Source: the human T2T-CHM13v2.0 reference genome, Homo sapiens. From it: DNA of 64,000 nucleotides. A program made the position numbers and the translations under genes. The DNA lies in the NCBI RefSeq assembly GCF_009914755.1, contig NC_060937.1, one strand, 5' to 3'. The notes under the pieces were generated by a model. It was not told the DNA's origin, made no database searches, and saw only the letters and a list, made by a program, of their open reading frames with translations. Positions 1 to 10,075 of this stretch are shown here, piece by piece. Within the stretch, counting starts at the first letter, position 1. Each line of letters begins with the position of its first letter.

Positions 1-569
1 AAGTCAATATATATATAAACTAAGAATTTTCCAATTTTCTTTCTCAGAGAGAAAACTGGCAATTATTATTTCAAATGTATTTTATTAGCCTATATTTATG
101 TGTTAATTTGAAAAAATAACAGCTTGAGTTCAAGCTGGTATCAGTTTTTTTAAAATTCCTACTAATAAGGCAATAATTTAACCAGATATCATAAGCATAT
201 ATAAAAACAAAATATTTTGCCATTAGAGGCCTGCACACACCCTCAGTGATATGCTCAACAACTTCTTGAATATTTTCTTCAGCACCTAAAATTAATTACT
301 ACACAATTATAATTTGTTTCCATGTTATACCTTGCCTCATATAAGTTCAAAAAACTATCAAACAATAATGCATATGATTAATAGCACTAACAACAACTAA
401 AATAACCATAACAATATTTCAGTAAGTTCAATACATTTTGAGACATTACTAATTGTGTCAATAACATATTACTGTGATAATTCCTAATATGTGTCTAGAA
501 AGCCTTGTTAATTCATTTGGCTTAGAGTTAATAAAATGAACGCTATTTCTTTGGGGCGGGGGAAGCAGG

Positions 570-1370
570 AGAGGGAAGCAGGAGAGGAGGTCAGATGGTG
601 TGATATGAGAAGGACTCCACACTCCTGGCTGGGGGAAGGGGCCGTAAGCCAAAGACTGCAAGCAGCCTCTAGAGGCTAGGAAAGTAAGGAAGTGGATTTT
701 CTCCTAGAAGAGTAATCCCCAGCCTTTTTGGCACCAGGGACCAGTTTTGTGGAAAACAATTTTTCCACGGACTGTGGAGGGTGGATGGTTTCAAGACGGT
801 TCAAGCGCATTACATTTATTGTGCACTTTATTTCCATTATTATTATGTCGTAATATATAATGAAATGATTATACAACTCACCATAAAGTATAATCAGTCG
901 GAGCCCTGAGTTTGTTTTCCTGCAACTAGATGGTCCCATCTGGGGGTGATGGAAGACAGTGGCAGATCATGAGACATTAGATTCTCATAAGGAGTGTGCA
1001 ACCTAGATACACAGTTCACAATAGGGTTTGGGCTCTTATGAGAATCTAATGCTGCTCTGATGTGACAGGAGGTGGAGCTCAGGCGGTAATGCCAGTGGAG
1101 CGATGGGGGAGCAGCCTTCAGTACAGATGAAGCTTCTCACCTGCCCGCCACTTACCTGCTGCTGTGCAGTACAGTCCGTGGCCCTGGGGCTTGAGGACCC
1201 CTGTCCTAGAACCTCCAGAAGTAACACAGCCTTGACCACACCTTGATTTTAGCCCAGTTAGACCCACATCAAACTCCTGGCCTGTAGAATTCTAAGATAA
1301 TAAATTTGTGTTGCTTTAAGCCACTAAATGTGTGGTAATTCAGAATAGCAGCAATAGGAAACCAATATGA
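570..1370 (+). mobile_element. MLT1D-like MaLR LTR, split by a MER1A insertion
   Basis: Typical MLT1 body (gcagcctctagaggctagg...ggattttctcctaga) and 3' end (ataataaatttgtgttgctttaagccactaaatgtgtgg...gcaataggaaaccaata); 5' boundary approximate. Confidence 0.8.
710..1203 (+). mobile_element. MER1A (hAT-Charlie DNA transposon)
   Basis: cctttttggcaccagggaccagttttgtggaa start, ...ttgaggacccctg end, ~495 bp; 8-bp TSD tcctagaa at 702-709 and 1204-1211. Confidence 0.9.
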
Positions 1371-1542
1371 CCTCTCGAGACCCAGAGACCCCTCTGTTTT
1401 GCCTCTTTCTGTTTCCAGGATGCTGCTCTTTCCTGGCTACATCTCCTACTTTTCCTTCACAGTCTCTTTTTCTGGCTTCTCTTTATCTCTAAAAATTGGT
1501 TCTTCTCCAGATTATGCAGTTACTTCCCTTTTCTCACTCTAC

Positions 1543-1765
1543 GGGAATCACAAATTTGCTGGACACGGCCCAGATTCAGATTTCGGATATGTTTTCCTTG
1601 GCCTACACGGTGTTTTTTCACAAGCCAAAGTGAAATGCATTTAGGCGAAGCATGCGTCCTCTAGACTTCCATAACTCACACTACTCCATACTGTATTTTA
1701 CCTGGCCTTCTTCCCTCATTTACATTATTTGCTTTGTCCCTAAATGTTTTGAGTTGAGGATTCTT
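1543..1765 (+). mobile_element. MER102-like hAT element, internally deleted
   Basis: Resembles MER102 ends (ggcccagattcag...ttggcctacacggtgtttt; ctcatttacattatt...tttgagttgaggatt). Confidence 0.5.
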
Positions 1766-2084
1766 CTTCTACAACATACATATGTAATGAGATGTTAAGA
1801 TGTTACTTTGAATAGGATTCATGGGTCACATAAGTTTAGGAAATGCCGTTAGACAAAGGTGGGTTGTTATATGTCAAGAATTAGGAGCCTCGATTATGCT
1901 AATTATCATATATCTGCATAGATAGAGTACATACATGCACACAGTATGCATCTGTATATAGCATTCAGCATATCCCAAACTTATATCCCTATGGGACTTT
2001 AACTAGTGTGGCATCTTTAGGTTGGATGCTCCAAGTGTGCACATTGAGATATGTTGTTCAATACTCTCTTTTCATCTGTTTCCA

Positions 2085-2320
2085 TTAACCAGCACTTACA
2101 AAGTATCAACTACATGGTACACACTGTTGTAAGTACTTTCATACATATAAGATGACTTACAAAACTGATATGATTGATAGCAGACACTGTTTTTATTCTT
2201 ATTTTACAGGTGAAGAAACAGCTGAGGCCTAGATAAGTTATGTGCCCAATGCCACACAGCTAGAAAGCTACAAAGCTGAAGTTTGAACCCAACTCATCTT
2301 GGTCCAGAGTCTGTGCACAG
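2085..2320 (-). mobile_element. MIR SINE
   Basis: MIR core ttattttacaggtgaagaaacagctgaggcctaga...tgcccaatgccacacagctag. Confidence 0.8.
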
Positions 2321-2369
2321 AAGTCCTCATACATCCAGCACTCAGCCTGCTCTTGAGCAAAAGGTACAT

Positions 2370-2570
2370 GTCCAACTTAAGAAAGCGTTTACTACTAGAG
2401 ATCGCTGAAAAAATCATAAGTCATCTCAATCAGGTTGAATGCACTGCCCCAGAGATGTTCAAGAAGAGGTTCAAGGACTTCTTAGGACGGAGTTTTATGA
2501 GAGGCACCAACATTGAAGACATCAAATCCAATTGTAAAGTCCTTCCAAATGGAAGATTGTAAAAGCATCT
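2370..2570 (+). mobile_element. Probable L3/CR1 3' fragment
   Basis: gagatgttcaagaagaggttcaag (EMFKKRF) resembles the CR1 ORF2 C-terminus 'EVFKxRLD'. Confidence 0.4.
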
Positions 2571-2589
2571 AAAGGTCTATTCTGGATGG

Positions 2590-2810
2590 GAAGATAACAT
2601 GGGCAAAGGTAATGACTATCTGGGAGGAGCAGACCAGTATGGCTGTAATGAGAAATTCATGGAGAAGAGTGGTTTCCAGTAATGCTGCAAAAATCGGCTA
2701 GAATCAGATTGCGAGAGACCCTGAATGTCAGCAAAATCGGGTTTTGGTCTTAATCCTCTTAATCCTTTAACTGATGGGAAGACTTAAAGAGTTCCTCCTC
2801 TGGAAAGTGA
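2590..2810 (-). mobile_element. L2 fragment
   Basis: Degenerate L2-like sequence (aatcagattgcgagagaccctgaatgtcagc...ttttggtcttaatcct). Confidence 0.5.
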
Positions 2811-2962
2811 TAAAGTTTTGCCTTTTTTTTTTTTCTAGTTTGGAGTTTTTTGTTTTGTTTTGTTTTTGATACAAAGGGTATGAAGTAAATTAATCAGATG
2901 ACATTCTTGATCTACTGCGAATGACTCAGTCAAGCCTCTTTTGCATCTTCTCTTCCTCCCAC

Positions 2963-2981
2963 TGTCCACAAGGTGGCACCA
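2963..2981 (+). promoter_or_regulatory. Candidate CTCF site
   Basis: TGTCCACAAGGTGGCACCA closely matches the CTCF core CCASYAGRKGGCR; AP-1 TGACTCA at 2922-2928. Confidence 0.55.
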
Positions 2982-5585
2982 GAACTCAAAATCAGAACTC
3001 CCTGGAAGGTTGTCTAACTGTTCCAAGCCTTTCCTGTAGGATGACTCCTATAAAGATACTTTTGAGGTGAACATGTCAAAATATATTTTTATTAACAATT
3101 TTTAATCGGCCTCTTCATTCACTCTGGTGTATTTTTCCAGGAGTTAACAATTTTCGTCTTAACTGACTGCAACGTTCTGAAGAACTTCTGGGGACTGTGC
3201 CAGTTTAGAGACTATTGTAGACCAAAATCATAAACAACACATCCTACAGAAAATGCTAATGATCAACTGGACGTTGATACAGTGGAATTTGTTCGACCCT
3301 CGATGACTTCCAGAAGGGGGGAGCTGTTCTAGTTCACAAGATGGAGAGGTTTGTCAGGTGGCCGGTTAAATAAGCTTCTTGACACTTAACTCTAGGTAGG
3401 ATGTGGAAGAAGATGAAAGTCTGAGCCAACTTACTACCTAATTCTTCAGGAAAGAAATGTGAGAGTACAGCACTGTGTCCCCTCTTACCTTTCCAAGTGG
3501 CTTTTCATGCTGTCAACTACTTTACACTGCAGAGGGCTCTCTCCTTTACATATTTCTTAAGCAATTTTTTTTTCTTAATGTCACAGTTCTGCTTTTCTTT
3601 TGTCTTTTTTTTTTTTTTTTAAATAATGAGAGGGAAGCAGGCTTTCAATTTGTTGGAAAGTTTCTGTTCTCACCAACCTCTATAAAAAGCAATCATTCTT
3701 GGTCACTTGTAAATATGCCTAGTACACGTATCAGGCTTCCTATTTTAAACATCTAAGACTAGTTTGTATGATTCGAAATTTCAAAAGGCAAAATGGCCTA
3801 GCACCCAAATCACAGGTAAGTGGGCACATGGCATTTTCCCCTAAATCCTTCAAACTGAAATTTGAGGAGGAAACACAAAGTTAGTGAGCGTGTGACAAAG
3901 CAGGTATTGTTTATAAAGATAAAGAGGCTTCTGTCTAAATACCATGGTCTCAATTTCCCAGATTCTAGAGAAAAAGAAAAAAAAAGTAAGTATTCTATTT
4001 AATTTTATTTACTTGAAATTCTTATGTTTTAGTTTTTCCAAACCTGTCTCTTCTAAAATGGGCAGTAGAAAAGAGAGGCTAATATAGATGATAGACTGAT
4101 GGACTTGGATAAATAATTAATGGCCTGGAGTAATTAGCTGGAAGATGTTTAATCATTAATTTGTCTGAGTCATCAGAAGCATTTGAGCTTACCCATAAAA
4201 TATTCCACTAATCATGAGTGTGTATATTTTGTCAAGATGGAAATTAATATGAGATGAGAATTAGCACTTTGAAAAATTAAAATACGGGACAAGTCTGTTT
4301 GGTCTACTCTTTGTTTGTTAAAGATAAATGAAATTTTGCTTTCCTTTACTGTACCTAATGAGAAAAAAAAGGTACATAAATTCTATCTGTACACATAACC
4401 AAGAAGTCAAACTTTTTGGTTGGAGAGGCAAAGTAATTGGCAAGTTTGTCTTTCTTTAGGGACTTATTTAGGGGGTAGGAGAGCAAAAACAAAAACACTT
4501 CATTATTAAAGTATCTGGTGAACAATTAGGCCTCTTTCAGAGGATTTAAGGGGAAAGGGTCCTGTAACATAATGCAATTTATGGCTGTGTTCTTCAATGT
4601 GGTGTTTTCCAATACAATTTTATTACAGGCTCTAAATTATACTTTCACAGGAAAGGTCTGTCTTTAAACTTTTAGGTCACAATTGTTCAGATCTTTTCAC
4701 ACTGAATCAATCAGGTTTAAAGCTGGCAAAATCCTTGGCAGCCTTGTAAATCTTTCAAAAGATGTTATCCAATTACCCTTCATGGGCCACAGGATTCTAC
4801 AGCATGACTATTTCCTTCTCTATGAGGAATTAAGTGCTCATGAGAGGTTAGAAACCAATGGAGTTGAAAAGCAAGGTTCTGCATTTTTCCTCCAGTTCAC
4901 ATGGTAGAGATATAGGCAGCTACTGAGATTTCCTGAGATCTGCCACAGACATTCTGACCTAAACAGTGGCCCTCCTGGCATCATTAAAATTTTAATTGCT
5001 TTAAATCAGAAAAAAAAAAAAAAAAGAAGACATTAACACCAGAATGGTTCTTGTTACAAAACCTTATTTTTGGAGCTGTATTAAGGATTTACCAGAAGAA
5101 CATGTTCCAAATGGAAAGCATAAGAGATCACTATTACTCTTAGTTACTTTTGCAAGAAAAACATTTTTAGGTACAGTCAGTAAATACACAAGGGATTGAA
5201 AAAGAAAATAACAAAGAGGATAAATGTACTTCTTTAGTCTGTGTTGATCTAAAAAATGTGCTTATTTTCCATTTAAAAAACACATATTAATCTCTGTTAG
5301 TTCTTCCTCTTCTAGGTTTCCGATATAGAATACTAATAAAAGGCTAAGGAGACATTCAATTTATATAAAAGCCTATTTCATGCCACTTGGTTTCAAGGGA
5401 GAAAATAATCATGGGCAGAATCATTTGAAAATAATTTTTCAAGGAAAAATGTGAACATGTAGCTAGATTGCTTCACAGAAGTTAGGAAAGCACAGCTTTC
5501 CTTTGTCATGTAAAAAGCAGAGTGGAGGTTATGGGATTCCAGCTGCACCTTTGACCTCAAGGCTTCTTGAGTCACTCACTTGTCA

Positions 5586-5598
5586 TGACCTTTGACCT
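5586..5598 (-). promoter_or_regulatory. Perfect nuclear-receptor DR1 motif (AGGTCA-A-AGGTCA)
   Basis: + strand TGACCTTTGACCT; the motif is seen directly, function not shown. Confidence 0.4.
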
Positions 5599-7817
5599 TT
5601 GGCAAATCATGACCCTATCTGTTTCGCTTGATTTTTACTATCTACAACAAAAGGCCTTTTCCCCTCTGGAACACATAAGCAGAAGTCATATAAATGTTTG
5701 CAAATAGTTTGTCCGCCAACCATCAGGCAAAGAGAGAAGAAGTATAAAAAAAAATTACAAAGCATGGAGGAAAATGCTCTAACATATAAAGTTTCCTCCA
5801 GTGGCGTAGATTGATTTCAATGACTACAGTGTAAACACCTGGATTCATGTTCCCTCTTTTAAAAATCTTTACTTTCTTTGATTTAAAATATAATGTAGTA
5901 AGAGGTGAAAAGATTGGTGTTTTAATAAATTATACTTCTTGTACTTTGCACTCTAGTCACTAAAAATTGCAGACATCATCTCACAGCTGTGTGTTATCAA
6001 TACCTCCTTTTACTCACTTTCTAGATTGTTTCCATTTCCAAAGAAATGCAATTCCTTTTTACAAGATTGTGAGTGAAAGGTAAATATGTGCAAACTTTGG
6101 GAATAAAATGTAGTGTTGGAGCTAACTCAAGTACAGAAGAGGAAACCAGGCTTGCAAAAGCGTACATAGAAGCTCTCCGGGTAGAATATTCAACCACTTA
6201 ACACATATAATTCTAAGTCCCAAACCTTATTTAGTCTTTACGATAATAGCAATTATTCCGAATCTATTTAATACACACTGCTGATTGGTAACACATGCTT
6301 CGAGTTTTCACAAGTTTTCCTTTCGAATACTGAAGTTTGTTTGCTTGCTTGTTTTAAGCAAGTAATAAGGAGAAAAAAGCTTGAAGATATACATTAATTA
6401 AAGTGTCTAGAAGGTTCGGCACAACAAAGAATGATGTATACATTTTCACCAAGATGAGAATGAATGAAATCTCTTGGATCATAATACTTTAGGATTTGTC
6501 TATTTATGGGATGTTTTGTGGTTATTTTTACTGCCCAGCCAGCATGGAGATTCTTATTTTTTTCTTTTTGCACCAAGACAGAAGTATTTTAATATTTGCT
6601 TTGGGAATAGTTTTATTTTTAGCTATTTCCACCTACTTTTTGCATTCATTCACAATCCACTGTTTTGTTTTTTCCTGGCAGTTTCTCTTTCTCTGAAGCT
6701 CAAAACACGTGTTTGATTCTTCGAAAACAGTGAAAATTGGCATCTTAATGAAGTCAGTTTAGGTGAGCCAATACACCTGGTTCAATCGGAATTTAAAAGG
6801 AAAATTAAGAGCTTGCCAAATAAATACTCATTTAGTTAAAGCCTTTGCAACAAAGACTTTCAATATTTGTAATTCATTTTAAAGAGGGTTGAAAACAAAA
6901 TCTCTTCTAAAATTCTTACATAAATCTGTTTATAGCAGTGTATCTGCAGCCTATAGTTTTTATGGTGGCTACACAGAAAAAGATTAGACAAAAAGATGCC
7001 CAGAGGATTAAAATATTACCCTTGCTGAGTTAGAGGTAGGGTCGTTTGAATGGGCTGATAACTGTTGAAAAAAATACTTAACAGTGGCCAGCCTGTGACA
7101 TCCTATGCTGCCTGAATGTACTTTTTCCTCATTTTCAGATCTATCACCACAATACCAAATATTTCCTAGAGCAGTCAAAATTCTTTCCCCTCAGATCTCA
7201 GCTAAGGGTCCTGTGGCTTCCAATTAAAACTCTCAGGATTTAGTTTTCATTACCTTTCCACTAGAATATTTATGACTTCCTGTAGAGCTAGACTTCAACA
7301 GCTTTTAACCATATGGAAATTTGGGGGAATTTGTTGCATTGCTTTCTTACCTGAAAATGTTTACAGGCCTGAAAGTTGAGTTGATAGAAAATAGATTCCT
7401 TAATTTCATGAAAATCTGCAACACACGTCATCGGAATGAGATAACTAAACGACCAATATTATCCATGTTTTAATTTTCTCCCCTATGTTAAGCCATTTGA
7501 ATGAATAATGTCACTGACTTTCTCCATCCTCCTGAGGGATGGGTGCAGTTTTTATAGTCATGGTAAAAAAAAAAAAAATTAATACTACTATATAAGATAG
7601 TAAACAAATTTTACTTTAGGCTTCACATGGCTAATAGTGACAGTAATTTCTTTATGAACCCTTTGATGTCAACCTGTATCTACTATTAGCTTTCTCCAGA
7701 GCAAGATACTTTTGAAATGCAAAAGATCACTCTCACTGTCCTCCCTCCCTCAACCTACCCTAACTCTCCACCCAGAGTCCTGCATAAAATAGTTCAGTGG
7801 CTATCCATTCAGATGGA

Positions 7818-8014
7818 GCAGGGTTTCTCAACTGTGGGATAATTCTTTATGGGGGTGGGGAGAGGACTGTCTTTTTTTATTTTAGGAGGCTGAGCCTAAT
7901 CTCTACCCTCTAGATGCCAGGAATATTATCCCCAAGTGATGACAACCAAAAACATCTTGAGATATTGCTAAATGTTTCCAGGAGGGGGAAATTGCCCTCA
8001 GTGATAAACCAGTG
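7818..8014 (+). mobile_element. MER20
   Basis: cagggtttctcaac...ctctaccctctagatgccag...gtgatgacaaccaaaaacatcttgagatattgctaaatgt; orientation uncertain. Confidence 0.8.
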
Positions 8015-8069
8015 AGATGTAATGAAATCCTGAAGAAGGATTTAAGGTGTTTTCCTACCTATTAAGGTC

Positions 8070-8255
8070 TGTAATAGTCAGGGTTCTCCGGAGAAACTGA
8101 ACCAATAGGATATGCATATATAGAGAGAAAGAGATTTGTTATAAGGAGTTGGCTTCCATGATTATGAAGGCTAGCAAGTCCAAATCTGCAGCGTAGACAG
8201 GTAAACTGGAGACCCAGGAGAATCAATGGTGCAAATGAAATCTGCCGGAGAATTC
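8070..8255 (-). mobile_element. MLT2 (ERVL LTR) fragment
   Basis: tgtaatagtcagggttctccggagaaactgaaccaatagga...gatttgttataaggagttggct. Confidence 0.85.
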
Positions 8256-8269
8256 ATGTCCCTCAATGA

Positions 8270-8655
8270 TCCCTTTCCATTATCCCCATGCTTCAGCCAC
8301 ACAGACTTTATTTCATTTCCTTGAACATAGGCTCTTTCTCATCAGAGGATCTTTGCACATGATATTCCCCAGTCCTGGAATACCTCTTCCCACTACACCC
8401 TGCCATTAGGCAACTAACTCCCTCTTTCAGTTCAACCTCAATTGCACCTCTTGCAATTATAAATTCTTCCCAACCTTCCTAAGTAGATGAAGTCTCCCCA
8501 TTATTTGCTGTCATAGCACTTACGCATCTTCCTCAAGACATTTATCACTTTAAAGTCTTTAAGGGTATTAAACGTTTGCATTGCTCTATATCCCCAATAC
8601 CTAACATACAGTAGGTATTCATCAAATATTTATTGACTGACCAAATAAATGAATT
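8270..8655 (+). mobile_element. L2 3' end
   Basis: tttgcacatgatattccccagtcctggaatacc...cagtaggtattcatcaaatatttt...aaataaatgaa. Confidence 0.75.
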
Positions 8656-8985
8656 CGCATTCACTCAAAATATGGTATCCTTTTTCTGACAATTACTGGC
8701 TTACTGAATGATGTTGTAATGGTCTGAATCACAAGCTTCTATGCATGAATATCAGAAAGTCAATATAGCAATACAGCATGCTTATTTGACAAACATTCAT
8801 TGTCAGCTGCCTATGGGCTATTAGAAAAACTACAGATGCCTTAGACTCCACTGCCACTGTTTCTTACCGCAATTCCTTGAAAACTATAAAATGCATCACT
8901 TTATTTATTGTAGCATAAAATGTGTAATGAGCATTCATAAATGTGCATTACATATTTTGGAATTTAATGATTTGGGGAAAAGTAG

Positions 8986-9451
8986 TGTGAAAGGAAAATA
9001 CATCTTCGGGCCCTAAAATCACTAAGCTAAAGGGAAAAGTCAAGCTGGGAACTGCTTAGGGCAAACCTGCCTCCCATTCTATTCAAAGTCACCCCTCTGC
9101 TCACTGAGGTAAATGCGTATTTGATTGCCTCCTTTGGAGAGGCTAATCAGAAACTCAGAATGCAACAATTTGTCTCTTATCTACCTATGACCTGGAAGCC
9201 CCCTCTGCACTTCAAGTTGTTCCACCTTTGCTTTGAGTTGTCGCAGCCTTTCTGAACAGAGCCAGTGTTCATTTTATACAAGTTGATTGATGTCTCATGT
9301 CTCCCTAAAATGTATAAAACTAAGCTGTTTCTGACCACCTTGGGCATGTGTCGTCAGGACCTCCTGAAGCTGGTCACGGGCATACGTCCTTAACTTTGGC
9401 AAAATAAACTTCTTAATTACTGAGACCAATATCAGATTTTGGGGGTTCACA
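8986..9451 (+). mobile_element. MER4A/MER4A1 solo LTR (ERV1)
   Basis: TG...CA termini (tgtgaaaggaaaata...gggggttcaca), AATAAA near the 3' end, 4-bp TSD gtag at 8982-8985 and 9452-9455. Confidence 0.9.
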
Positions 9452-9456
9452 GTAGG

Positions 9457-10075
9457 TATGCCAGTTACCCATTTATTGCCCTTCATTGCCCTGCTTTGGA
9501 ACACTGGAGATGGAACCCTAAAAGACTTATCGTTTGCTAATCAGCATCACGTTAATCTTTGTCCGTGAAAGACATCAGAGGAGGGACAGTGCCAGAGGAA
9601 GAGACTTCTCTTGATTTGTTTGCTTCCTGTCTTCTTGTTCTAGAGTGTAGCAGTTGGAGGTGTGTGTCCAAGAGGCGACGTGGCACATGCCCTCCAGCCA
9701 GTTTTGTTGGACCCCAGTGGAAAGCTTTCTGAATGCCAGTTCCTACCCAGATTTCCCAGCTCACCAGTCCCAGCCAGCTGGCCATGGACCAGATTTGGCC
9801 TGAAGCAATCCAACTTCTCTGCCATCCAGTAGGTCCAGCCACAATGAATTTAGACTCCAATGAAGTCTGAATCTTAGTGCTGGAGAGGAACCCCCTTCTC
9901 CAAGTGTATTTCTTCATTTGGGACTTTCAGAGAATTCAAGGGAATTCCCTGAATTCTCTTTTATACCCTCTGAGTGGCTACTCACCTGCTACCAGTTAGT
10001 ATTTCTTTCTATTAAATATTCCCTGATCAATTACTGGTGTTGATTCTGTTTCCTTTTTGGACTCTGTCTCGTACA
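9457..10075 (+). mobile_element. LTR41-like solo LTR (ERVL)
   Basis: Start tatgccagttacccatttattgcc; end attaaatattccctg...ttactggtgttgattctgtttcc...gtaca; recognised from recalled consensus. Confidence 0.65.

Noticed and set aside
2299-2562. 87-aa ORF with protein-like composition
   Set aside because: Begins in a MIR and continues through a probable CR1/L3 remnant.
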